Positions 56,405-64,000 of a stretch of 64,000 nucleotides of DNA are shown piece after piece. The notes beneath the pieces were generated by a model. The model made no database searches. It saw only the letters and a list, made by a program, of their open reading frames with translations, and was not told where the DNA came from. Positions within the stretch are counted from its first letter, which is position 1, and each line of letters begins with the position of its first letter. Origin of the DNA: Parcubacteria group bacterium Gr01-1014_3 (GTDB lineage: Bacteria; Patescibacteriota; Minisyncoccia; UBA6257; WO2-44-18); NCBI GenBank assembly GCA_007376445.1, contig VMGF01000002.1, positions 13,673-77,672 on the forward strand, given 5' to 3'. The position numbers and the translations under genes were made by a program.

Positions 56405-56752
56405 TTATATCTTTAAACCGGCTTCACGCGCGGCTTCAGCGATAGCTTTCACCCGACCATGATAGCGGTAAAATGACCGATTGAAAACTGCCGCCTTAAC
56501 TCCAAGCTTTTTAGCCTTTTCAGCGATCGCCGCGCCAAGCTTCTTGGCAGAGTCGCTCTTTTTGCCCTTTTCTCCTTTGGTAGAAGCCGCGGCGAGAGTG
56601 TGGCCCTTGCTGTCATCGATCAGTTGAACATAGGTGAACTTATTGCTGCGGAATACGGATAAACGAGGACGTTCGGTGGTGCCAAAAATCTTCGCCCGGC
56701 TGCGCGCCTGCCTCAAAGTTCTATTTAAGCTTTTTTTATTTTTCTTTTGCAT
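56405..56752 (-). CDS. rplR: 50S ribosomal protein uL18
   Basis: [26 protein letters not shown]. Confidence 0.97.
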   Translation of the reverse strand: MQKKNKKSLNRTLRQARSRAKIFGTTERPRLSVFRSNKFTYVQLIDDSKGHTLAAASTKGEKGKKSDSAKKLGAAIAEKAKKLGVKAAVFNRSFYRYHGRVKAIAEAAREAGLKI

Positions 56753-56754
56753 AT

Positions 56755-57330
56755 TTATTTAGCAGCTCCGGCGGCAGTTCCCGCGCCAGCGACTTTCTTA
56801 CCGGCCTTGCGGCGCACAACTTCGCCGCGATAACGGATGCCCTTGCCTTGGTATGGTTCCGGTTCTTTAACCTTACGGATCTGCGCGGCAACTTGACCAA
56901 CTAAGGCGCGATCAATACCGGAGACCTTAATAGAGCTCTTCTCAACGACGATCTTGATACCGGCCGGAGTAGTGTACTTTACCGGGTGAGAGAAGCCAAC
57001 ATTCAACACTAGATTGTTACCATCCAGCGAAGCCTTAAATCCGATACCTTCGATATCCAAGGTTTTTGTAAAACCTTTACTGACACCTTCAATAGCATTT
57101 TTAATCAAAGCGGCCATCGTGCCCCAGTTGGAGCGGCCGTATTTATTGGTGGACTCAGTGGTAACCGCTAACTCTTTTTCCTTTATCTCTATTTTAGTGT
57201 GCTCCAAAACCGGAATTGATAAAGAACCTTCCTTGCCTTTGAAATCCAAAACCGCGACGTCGTCTTTCTGGCCTAACTTGACCTCGACGCCTTCCGGAAT
57301 AACTATTGGTTTTTTACCGATTTTAGACAT
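56755..57330 (-). CDS. rplF: 50S ribosomal protein uL6
   Basis: [26 protein letters not shown]. Confidence 0.97.
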   Translation of the reverse strand: MSKIGKKPIVIPEGVEVKLGQKDDVAVLDFKGKEGSLSIPVLEHTKIEIKEKELAVTTESTNKYGRSNWGTMAALIKNAIEGVSKGFTKTLDIEGIGFKASLDGNNLVLNVGFSHPVKYTTPAGIKIVVEKSSIKVSGIDRALVGQVAAQIRKVKEPEPYQGKGIRYRGEVVRRKAGKKVAGAGTAAGAAK

Positions 57331-57347
57331 AGTTTTGTTTTATTGAA

Positions 57348-57731
57348 CTACCAAATTTCGAATAATAGTTGACCACCGACTTTATCTTTGCGGGCCTGCA
57401 AATTAGACATCACTCCTTTTGGCGTGGAAAGCGCGGAAATACCATACCCCTGACGGACGGCTTTCAGGTCTTTATAGCCCAAGTAAATGCGGCGGGAAGG
57501 CTTACTGATAAATCGGACACCGCCGATGGCGCCTTGGCCCTTATCGTCGTATTTCAGCTTGATCTCAATAACCCTCTTTGGCATGCGGCCCTTCTTGGAC
57601 ACATTTTCCACAAAGTTATATTTACCCAATAATTCAGCCACGGCAAAATCCATGTTGGAAAATGGCAATTTCAACATTTCCTTCCGAGCCTTCTGGGCAT
57701 TCCTTAATTTTGTGAGTAAATCAGTATACAT
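57348..57731 (-). CDS. rpsH: 30S ribosomal protein uS8
   Basis: D.LT..RNA, ISKPSRRIY, STPKGVM. Confidence 0.97.
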   Translation of the reverse strand: MYTDLLTKLRNAQKARKEMLKLPFSNMDFAVAELLGKYNFVENVSKKGRMPKRVIEIKLKYDDKGQGAIGGVRFISKPSRRIYLGYKDLKAVRQGYGISALSTPKGVMSNLQARKDKVGGQLLFEIW

Positions 57732-57740
57732 GTGTTTGTT

Positions 57741-57926
57741 TTACCAGGAAGATTTCTTAACACCCGGAATTTCACCACGACCGGCTAACTCGCGGAAGCA
57801 AATACGGCAGATTCCGAACACTCGCATAAAACCGCGTTTCCGGCCGCAACGAAAACATCTCCGGACAATCCGGCTAGAAAACTTCGGTTTCTTTTGTGAG
57901 CGCGCTATGACGGAATCTTTTGCCAT
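57741..57926 (-). CDS. rpsN: 30S ribosomal protein uS14 (type Z, Zn-binding)
   Basis: RCFRCGR...CRICFRE...PGVKKSSW. Confidence 0.97.
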   Translation of the reverse strand: MAKDSVIARSQKKPKFSSRIVRRCFRCGRKRGFMRVFGICRICFRELAGRGEIPGVKKSSW

Positions 57927-57953
57927 ATGTTTATTTATAGTGAGTTTATCGAA

Positions 57954-58463
57954 CTATTTCTTAGACTCTTCCTTTTGGAAAGGAATTCCTAATTCTTTAT
58001 ATAATTCGACGGCTTCTTTGTGATCCCGGCCACGCTTCGGAACTATAGTGATCTCCATGCCGAAAGTAACCTTGGAATGCTCTGGGTTAATTTCCGGAAA
58101 GACCACGTGATCCTTTATCCCGAAATTCAAATTGCCACCTTTGTCGATATTGCGCGGGTTGATGCCACGGAAATCACGAACGCGAGGCAAAGCGACGCGA
58201 ACCACTTTTTCCAGGAATTTCTGCATGCGAGTACGACGTAATGTGGCTTTCAAACCAACAACCGTGCCGGCGCGAAGTTTGAATCCGGAAATAGACTCGG
58301 TAGCCGGACGGCCCGCCGGTCTCTGGCCAACGATCGCCGAAAACTCTTTGATGACTTCCGGCAAAACCTTGTCGGAAAAATTTGGCTGTGTGGAAAGTTT
58401 GCCAATGCCGGTATTGACCACGATCTTTTCCAACTCTTTAAATTTACTTACAGCTTTAGTCAT
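57954..58463 (-). CDS. rplE: 50S ribosomal protein uL5
   Basis: KIVVN.G, GFKLRAG, LPRVRDFRG, FPEI. Confidence 0.96.
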   Translation of the reverse strand: MTKAVSKFKELEKIVVNTGIGKLSTQPNFSDKVLPEVIKEFSAIVGQRPAGRPATESISGFKLRAGTVVGLKATLRRTRMQKFLEKVVRVALPRVRDFRGINPRNIDKGGNLNFGIKDHVVFPEINPEHSKVTFGMEITIVPKRGRDHKEAVELYKELGIPFQKEESKK

Positions 58464-58467
58464 TGTT

Positions 58468-58773
58468 TTAAATTATTGCTTTGCAGCTACGGCAAATCCG
58501 ACGTTTAGCGGTGGCATCGATCTGGAAACCAACCCGAACTGGCTCTTTACAGCTAGGACATACTAACATAACTTTTGAAGCATTTAAAGGCCGCGGGAGG
58601 CTGACGATCTCGCCTTTTTCACCCTGTTTTTTCGGGCGCATGTGCTTTTTTACCATATTCAAACCATCCACCAATACCCTGCTTTCGGCGGTGTCCACGT
58701 TTAATACCTTGCCGTTCTTTCCACGGTCTTTTCCTACCATAACTTGAACTGTGTCGCCCTTGTGAATTTTCAT
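58468..58773 (-). CDS. rplX: 50S ribosomal protein uL24
   Basis: KGDTVQVMVGKDRGK KOW motif. Confidence 0.97.
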   Translation of the reverse strand: MKIHKGDTVQVMVGKDRGKNGKVLNVDTAESRVLVDGLNMVKKHMRPKKQGEKGEIVSLPRPLNASKVMLVCPSCKEPVRVGFQIDATAKRRICRSCKAII

Positions 58774-58777
58774 ATAT

Positions 58778-59146
58778 TTATACGAGTTCCTCTGCTAATG
58801 AGGCAATGCTCTCAAAGCCTTTTTCTTTAACTTCTCTTGGAATCGGCCCGAAAACACGGGTACCCTTCGGCTCGTTTTTTTCGTCAATCAATACGACCGC
58901 GTTTTCATCGAAGCGAACATAAGAACCATCCGACCGGCGCATAGCTTGGCGCTGGCGAACCACCAAGACCCTTACAATATCTTTTTTCTTGACCGGCTTT
59001 CTCGGCTCGGCAGTCTGCACGGAAGCAACGACAATTTCCCCTACTCTAGCATAACGCTTCTTGGAACCTCCAAGAACCCTAAAACAGCGAACGGTTTTCG
59101 CTCCGCTGTTGTCCGCTACTTTTAAAATGGATCGTTCTTGAATCAT
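58778..59146 (-). CDS. rplN: 50S ribosomal protein uL14
   Basis: VADNSGAK, RFDENAVV, GTRVFGPI. Confidence 0.98.
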   Translation of the reverse strand: MIQERSILKVADNSGAKTVRCFRVLGGSKKRYARVGEIVVASVQTAEPRKPVKKKDIVRVLVVRQRQAMRRSDGSYVRFDENAVVLIDEKNEPKGTRVFGPIPREVKEKGFESIASLAEELV

Positions 59147-59196
59147 ATATTTGTTTTATTTATAGTGAGCTTGTTTGGTTTATTAAATAAGTCGAA

Positions 59197-59514
59197 CTAT
59201 TCGGCGTCCTGCAAAGTTACCGGAACTTCCGCGACCGGATTCGTCGACACGATCTTGCCGATCACAACCCACCGCTTGTCGCGGGAGATCGGACGAGTTT
59301 CCTGAATAGTGACTTGGTCGCCAGTTTTATATTCCCCTTTCTCATCGTGAGCCTTTAAGCGGGTTGAAAGCTTGTAATATTTTAAATATTTTGGGTGTTT
59401 GCGGGTGTGATCAACTTGAACTACCACGGTTTTTCTCATTTTGTCGGAAACGACAACGCCGCTCAACTTCCGGCCCATTTTCGGTTTTTCCTGAACTGGT
59501 TTATTCATAGACAT
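59197..59514 (-). CDS. rpsQ: 30S ribosomal protein uS17
   Basis: [25 protein letters not shown]. Confidence 0.97.
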   Translation of the reverse strand: MSMNKPVQEKPKMGRKLSGVVVSDKMRKTVVVQVDHTRKHPKYLKYYKLSTRLKAHDEKGEYKTGDQVTIQETRPISRDKRWVVIGKIVSTNPVAEVPVTLQDAE

Positions 59515-59714
59515 TATTTAGTTCCCATATTATTCAATAAAGTAAGCATTTGCGCAATGTCCTTCTTGACCGAGCGGATCTCGCGGACATTCTTAACCTT
59601 TCCCGAAGCAAGGTCGGTTTTTAAGGTCCAAAGCTTATCCTTCAGCTCTAAAACGCTCTTTCTGAGAGCTTCCGGCTGCTGAGTCTTCAATTGAGCGAAT
59701 TCTTTCTTTTTCAT
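59514..59714 (-). CDS. rpmC: 50S ribosomal protein uL29
   Basis: [13 protein letters not shown]; operon position. Confidence 0.92.
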   Translation of the reverse strand: MKKKEFAQLKTQQPEALRKSVLELKDKLWTLKTDLASGKVKNVREIRSVKKDIAQMLTLLNNMGTK

Positions 59715-59715
59715 A

Positions 59716-60126
59716 TTATTTAGTAACCATCCTGGTTCTTACTGGTAACTTGAAGCCAGCCAATCGCAAAGCTTCTTTAGCGACTTCCGGTTTTACACCG
59801 TCCATTTCAAATAAAATGCGGCCTGGTTTAACCGGAAAAACATAGTGATCCACTGGGCCTTTTCCGCCACCCATGGTGAGTTCCGGAGGACGCTTAGTGA
59901 TCGGTTTATCGGGGAAAATGCGGATCCAAAGCTTGCCTTCGCGCTTAATGAAGTTGCTGATGGTCTTTCGAGCGGACTCGATCTGCCGGGAGTTAACCCA
60001 AGCGGCGCTTTCGGCTTTCAAGCCATAAGAACCGTACTCCAGCTTGGTGCCGCGGGTTTCCACGGTACGGCTCAAAGAACGTCCCTTGTGCCACTTTCTA
60101 TGTTTTACTTTCTTTGGTACTAACAT
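59716..60126 (-). CDS. rplP: 50S ribosomal protein uL16
   Basis: MLVPKKVKHRK, WIRIFPDKP, MGGGKG; start moved to ATG 60126. Confidence 0.97.
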   Translation of the reverse strand: MLVPKKVKHRKWHKGRSLSRTVETRGTKLEYGSYGLKAESAAWVNSRQIESARKTISNFIKREGKLWIRIFPDKPITKRPPELTMGGGKGPVDHYVFPVKPGRILFEMDGVKPEVAKEALRLAGFKLPVRTRMVTK

Positions 60127-60134
60127 ATATTTGT

Positions 60135-60863
60135 TTATTTGCTCCTGGGGCCCCCTTCCGAAACTTTTCCTCCGAAGGAGGATCCGCCTCCGGCGGAAAA
60201 GACCATACCTTTGAATATCCAAACTTTGACGCCAACCGTGCCGTAGGTGTTAAAAGCGGTGGCTTCACCATAGTCGATATTCGCGCGAAGAGTCGACAAG
60301 GGAAGCTTGCCCTTCGCCAGCCATTCCCGGCGGGAAATTTCCGCGCCATCTAAGCGGCCGGAAAGCCTTATTTTCGCGCCCTTAACTTCACGGTTCTGCA
60401 TTGCCATCTCCAGATACTTTTTCATCGTCCGGCGCATCGGTAAACGCTTCTCCAAGTCCCAAGCGGCCAATTGAGCCACATACTGGGCGGAAACATCGGT
60501 GCGCTTCAACTCTTCGATATTCAAACTCAAAGAAACTTTCGGCACGGCTACACCGCGCTTTTTAAGCATCTTTTTGAGAGATTCATTGATTGCTTTGGAA
60601 AGCTCCTCGATACCCTTACCGCCACGGCCGATGATCAAACCCGGCTTCGCGGCCTTAATGAACACTTTAAAAGAATTATCCGTGCCGCGCTCGATCTCGA
60701 TCTTCACGATACCGGACAAAGCGATCTTGGCCTTGACGATCTTGCGGATCAAAACATCCTCCTGGAGCTGATCCTTGAAGTTTTTCTTTTTCGGGAACCA
60801 TCGTGAACTCCAATTACCGATGATGCCTAAGCGGAATGAATCTGGTCTAATTTTATTTCCCAT
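60135..60863 (-). CDS. rpsC: 30S ribosomal protein uS3
   Basis: KPGLIIGRGG, SGRLDGAEI, PLSTLRANIDY, GVKVWI. Confidence 0.98.
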   Translation of the reverse strand: MGNKIRPDSFRLGIIGNWSSRWFPKKKNFKDQLQEDVLIRKIVKAKIALSGIVKIEIERGTDNSFKVFIKAAKPGLIIGRGGKGIEELSKAINESLKKMLKKRGVAVPKVSLSLNIEELKRTDVSAQYVAQLAAWDLEKRLPMRRTMKKYLEMAMQNREVKGAKIRLSGRLDGAEISRREWLAKGKLPLSTLRANIDYGEATAFNTYGTVGVKVWIFKGMVFSAGGGSSFGGKVSEGGPRSK

Positions 60864-60889
60864 GGTCGTAGTTTAATATATTAAATGTT

Positions 60890-61405
60890 TTAAGCGCTCT
60901 TGCGTTGGAACATTTTCTTAAAGAAACCGCCCTTTTCCCGCGCCTTATTTGCCTGGGATTCCTCTCCGGGCATTTTTGGCTTCTTGATTTCGGTAGATTT
61001 CTTAGTAGTGGATTTTTTAGCTTTCGGCACGAACACAAACCGTTCCTTTCTTGAGGTGGACTCAGCTAAAGTAATGGTGACATGGCTCATCTTTTTCAGG
61101 AGCGGAGTAGCTCGGCCTTGGGCGCGAGGCAAAAATCTCTTCAAAACTGGGCCCTGATCAACCCGGATTTCCGAAATAACCAAGGTCTTTGGATCCATTT
61201 TCTGATTGTTTTTCGCGTTGGCGATAGCGGAACGCAATAACTTTAAAAGAGGCTTGGCGGAACGCTGAACACGCATCATCAGCTGAGCCTCGGCTTCCTG
61301 GACGGACAACCCGCGTAAAGTACCCGCGACTAGGCGGACTTTTCTAGGCGCTATGTGGAGATAGCGCAGAATAGCTGTTTGAGTTTTTACGTTGGTCGTA
61401 TCCAT
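60890..61405 (-). CDS. rplV: 50S ribosomal protein uL22 (Lys-rich C-terminal extension)
   Basis: APRKVRLVA, SAIANA, PRAQGRA. Confidence 0.96.
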   Translation of the reverse strand: MDTTNVKTQTAILRYLHIAPRKVRLVAGTLRGLSVQEAEAQLMMRVQRSAKPLLKLLRSAIANAKNNQKMDPKTLVISEIRVDQGPVLKRFLPRAQGRATPLLKKMSHVTITLAESTSRKERFVFVPKAKKSTTKKSTEIKKPKMPGEESQANKAREKGGFFKKMFQRKSA

Positions 61406-61414
61406 ATAATTGCT

Positions 61415-61759
61415 TTATTTTTTGCCGGCTACCGGAGCGGTTTTCGCGGCCTGAGCCTTGGTGACCTCTGCCTGAGCCTGCGCGGTCTCCAATTCACGCT
61501 GCATCTTACCGCCGTGTTTGGTGAACTTACGGGTCAGTGAAAATTCTCCAAGACGATGTCCGACCATCTCTTCCTTGATCAAAACTTCATTGAAAACTTT
61601 GCCGTTGTGGACGCCAAATTTATAACCCACCATCTCAGGTGAGATTTCGGAAGCGCGAGACCAAGTTTTAATAACCGTGTTAGAACCAGACGGTAATTTA
61701 GATATCTTTTTGAGTAATTTTGGGTCAACGAATGGCCCTTTTTTTGCTGAGCGTGACAT
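61415..61759 (-). CDS. rpsS: 30S ribosomal protein uS19
   Basis: [25 protein letters not shown]. Confidence 0.98.
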   Translation of the reverse strand: MSRSAKKGPFVDPKLLKKISKLPSGSNTVIKTWSRASEISPEMVGYKFGVHNGKVFNEVLIKEEMVGHRLGEFSLTRKFTKHGGKMQRELETAQAQAEVTKAQAAKTAPVAGKK

Positions 61760-61792
61760 ATTTTTATTTTTATTTATAGTGAGCCCGTCGAA

Positions 61793-62629
61793 CTATCTGA
61801 CTTTCGGACGGCGCTGTAAAATAAACTTGGTCGACCACTTCTTGTGATGACGAGTCTTATGACCGCCGGTAACTTTACCCCAGATGGTCTTCGGACGCTT
61901 CGTGCCACGAGGCTGCGCGCCTTCACCGCCACCGTACGGATGGTCTACCGGGTTCATGGCGCTGCCACGAACGGTCGGGCGGATACCCAAATGCCGGGAT
62001 CTGCCGGCGCTTCCGACGTTCACCAAATTATAGTCAGGATTGGAAACTTGTCCAATTGAAGCCATACCAGACGAAGAAACGCGGCGGACTTCTTTTGAGC
62101 CGAGTTTAATGTCGGTCATACCGCCATCGTGCGCCAAAACCTCAGCGGAAGAACCGGCCGAGCGGGCTAATTTACCTCCACCACCGCCACGAATTTCTAC
62201 GTTATGAACCAGCTGACCAACCGGAATATTCTTTAACTTCATGCGATTACCCGGCTTGAGCGGAGCATTTTCAGCGGTAACAATCTCATCACCAACCTTG
62301 GTATCTTTAGTAGCCAAAACATAACGGCGATCGCCATCTTTGTATGAAATAAGCGCGATGAAACCGCTGCGATACGGATCGTATTCAATGGTCTCCACGC
62401 GTCCCGGAACATTCATTTTATTTTGTAAAAAGTCCACTTCGCGATAACGCTTTTTATTACCGCTACCCTGATGACGCATAGTAATAACACCGCGGTTATT
62501 GCGGCCAGACTGGGTCTTCAACCGGCTGGTTAATGGCTTATGAGGACGAGCGCCGCGCGTCAAAAGCGACCGGTATTCTACCACGGTCATTGCTCGCCTC
62601 GATGGACTTGTTGGTTTATAGGATTTCAT
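61793..62629 (-). CDS. rplB: 50S ribosomal protein uL2
   Basis: GRNNRG, IEYDP.RS, RPTVRGSAMNPVDHP.GGGEG. Confidence 0.98.
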   Translation of the reverse strand: MKSYKPTSPSRRAMTVVEYRSLLTRGARPHKPLTSRLKTQSGRNNRGVITMRHQGSGNKKRYREVDFLQNKMNVPGRVETIEYDPYRSGFIALISYKDGDRRYVLATKDTKVGDEIVTAENAPLKPGNRMKLKNIPVGQLVHNVEIRGGGGGKLARSAGSSAEVLAHDGGMTDIKLGSKEVRRVSSSGMASIGQVSNPDYNLVNVGSAGRSRHLGIRPTVRGSAMNPVDHPYGGGEGAQPRGTKRPKTIWGKVTGGHKTRHHKKWSTKFILQRRPKVR

Positions 62630-62633
62630 ATGA

Positions 62634-62921
62634 TTAAGATGAATGCGGCATTATATCCAATTTTTGGCCTTCTTTCAACTGAACATAAGCTTTTTTGTAG
62701 TTCGAAGTCAGCGCTTCATGGCCCTTAACCCGGCGCGGCTTTCCTGGATTGTTGGATACATTTACGTCGGTCGCGTCCACTTTATAAATCTCTTTTAAAG
62801 CTTTTTTGATCTCCGGCTTAGTAGCGCTTTTTTCAACCAAAAACACATACTTACCCATCGCGCTAAGATCGTGGGCTTTTTCGCTGATTATTGGTCGTTT
62901 GATTAAAAATTTATTTGCCAT
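62634..62921 (-). CDS. rplW: 50S ribosomal protein uL23
   Basis: PIISEKA, ATKPEIK, KKAYVQL. Confidence 0.96.
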   Translation of the reverse strand: MANKFLIKRPIISEKAHDLSAMGKYVFLVEKSATKPEIKKALKEIYKVDATDVNVSNNPGKPRRVKGHEALTSNYKKAYVQLKEGQKLDIMPHSS

Positions 62922-62925
62922 GGTT

Positions 62926-63537
62926 TTATTTTATTTCCACGAGAGCGTTCTTATCGATCACGACGGTTTTGTGTTTCAAAACATCCGAGACGTTCAAAGA
63001 AGTGGCTGGCAAGCTGGCAACCTTCGGAATATTCCGGGCGGCGCGGGCGGCATTCAGATTCTTCGCGGCCGGCACGATCAAAGAGCTGACGTTTTTACCG
63101 AGCAACATCTTCAAGCTGGCAAAAAACTGCTTGGTCTTTCCGGACATTTCCAACGAATCCACTATACGAACCTCGCCATCGGCAAGTTTCTTAGAAAGCG
63201 CGCTATGCACCGCGACGCGGGCCATTTTCTTGTTAACTTTTTGAGTAAAAATACGCTCTTTGGTTGGACCATGAGAAACACCGCCGCCTTTCCAGATCGG
63301 AGAGCGGATAGAGCCATGACGAGCGCGGCCAGTATGCTTCTGCTTCCACGGCTTTTTACCGCCGCCACGCACTTCACCGCGGCCCTTAGCATGCGCCCAT
63401 GGGTGATGTTGATTAGCGTCCTGAGCCAAAATAACCTGGTGAACCAAGTCCGGATTCCAAGGAGTAGCAAAAATCGCGTCCGGCAGATCAACTTCTCCGA
63501 CGCTCTCCCCTTTTAGATTGTATAGTTGAGTTTTCAT
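62926..63537 (-). CDS. rplD: 50S ribosomal protein uL4
   Basis: RGEVRGGGKKPWKQKHTGRARHGS.RSP.W.GGG. Confidence 0.98.
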   Translation of the reverse strand: MKTQLYNLKGESVGEVDLPDAIFATPWNPDLVHQVILAQDANQHHPWAHAKGRGEVRGGGKKPWKQKHTGRARHGSIRSPIWKGGGVSHGPTKERIFTQKVNKKMARVAVHSALSKKLADGEVRIVDSLEMSGKTKQFFASLKMLLGKNVSSLIVPAAKNLNAARAARNIPKVASLPATSLNVSDVLKHKTVVIDKNALVEIK

Positions 63538-63541
63538 TTTG

Positions 63542-63587
63542 TTATTCGCAATATTAAATCTTTTATTTGTATATTCGCGATTACTCC
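63542..63587 (-). repeat. ~46 bp repeat, copy 3 (rplC-rplD spacer)
   Basis: Reverse complement of 30198-30243. Confidence 0.9.
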
Positions 63588-63588
63588 T

Positions 63589-64000
63589 TTATTTTTTATA
63601 AATTTCAACTCTGCCGCCAGGATTACCCGGTACGGCGCCCCTTAGCCAGATCATTTTTTCTTCCGGCTTGAGTTCAACCAAAGTTAAGTTCTTGATGGTC
63701 GCGCGAACCACACCCATGTGACCGGCCATTCTGCGGCCAGGCAAAACACGCTGAGGGGTAGTGTTGCCGATAGAACCAGGAGCGCGCTGACGGTTTTTCT
63801 GACCGTGAGTCGCCGGACCGCCGTGGAAACCATGGCGTTTGACCACACCGGCAAAGCCTTTTCCTTTGGTAATACCGCTGACGCGCACTAAATCACCGGC
63901 CTTAAAATCTCCGGTCTCTCCAGATACTAATTGCACGGGTGTAATTGGGACGACTTTGTCACCCTTATACATCTGCGTCATCCTCATTTTTTTACCAATC
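63589..64000 (-). CDS. rplC: 50S ribosomal protein uL3 (5' end beyond window; internally shortened)
   Basis: IGKK.RMTQ, KGKGFAGVVKRHGF, RAPGSIG, RMAGHMG, GAVPG. Confidence 0.96.
   Translation of the reverse strand, partial: IGKKMRMTQMYKGDKVVPITPVQLVSGETGDFKAGDLVRVSGITKGKGFAGVVKRHGFHGGPATHGQKNRQRAPGSIGNTTPQRVLPGRRMAGHMGVVRATIKNLTLVELKPEEKMIWLRGAVPGNPGGRVEIYKK

Noticed and set aside
62806-63516. 236-aa plus-strand ORF and other ORFs opposite ribosomal genes
   Set aside because: Antisense shadows of highly conserved ribosomal protein genes.

Overview
64 kb of a reduced bacterial chromosome with strong Candidate Phyla Radiation (Patescibacteria, probably Parcubacteria) character: standard genetic code, rpmD (uL30) missing from the spc operon, short gamma-like dnaX, CPR-type VirD4/HerA-like ATPase, and many core genes without a Shine-Dalgarno. 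Core content: cell-wall/division genes (dac, mraY, ftsW, murG, ftsQ, alr, M23), scpAB, gltX/lysS/serS, greA, ychF, tRNA-Gln and the S10-spc ribosomal cluster through secY-adk-map. Main unusual items: (1) two fully overlapping same-strand ORFs behind htrA that appear to split the four metal-binding motifs of a YdjM-like membrane hydrolase between two frames; (2) an intact fadI-fadJ-fadE beta-oxidation set and a prkA-yeaH-spoVR operon, both atypical for CPR; (3) a SAM-I riboswitch aptamer with an over-long P1, no methionine/SAM gene next to it, and its own terminator; (4) a dispersed, covarying three-way-junction RNA-like element after two translation ATPase genes; (5) two genes whose last codons reappear downstream as a synonymously recoded copy across a hairpin; (6) several small palindromic and heptamer repeat families that sit in-frame inside proteins or supply stop codons. 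All calls come from reading the sequence and motif recall; no database search was run.
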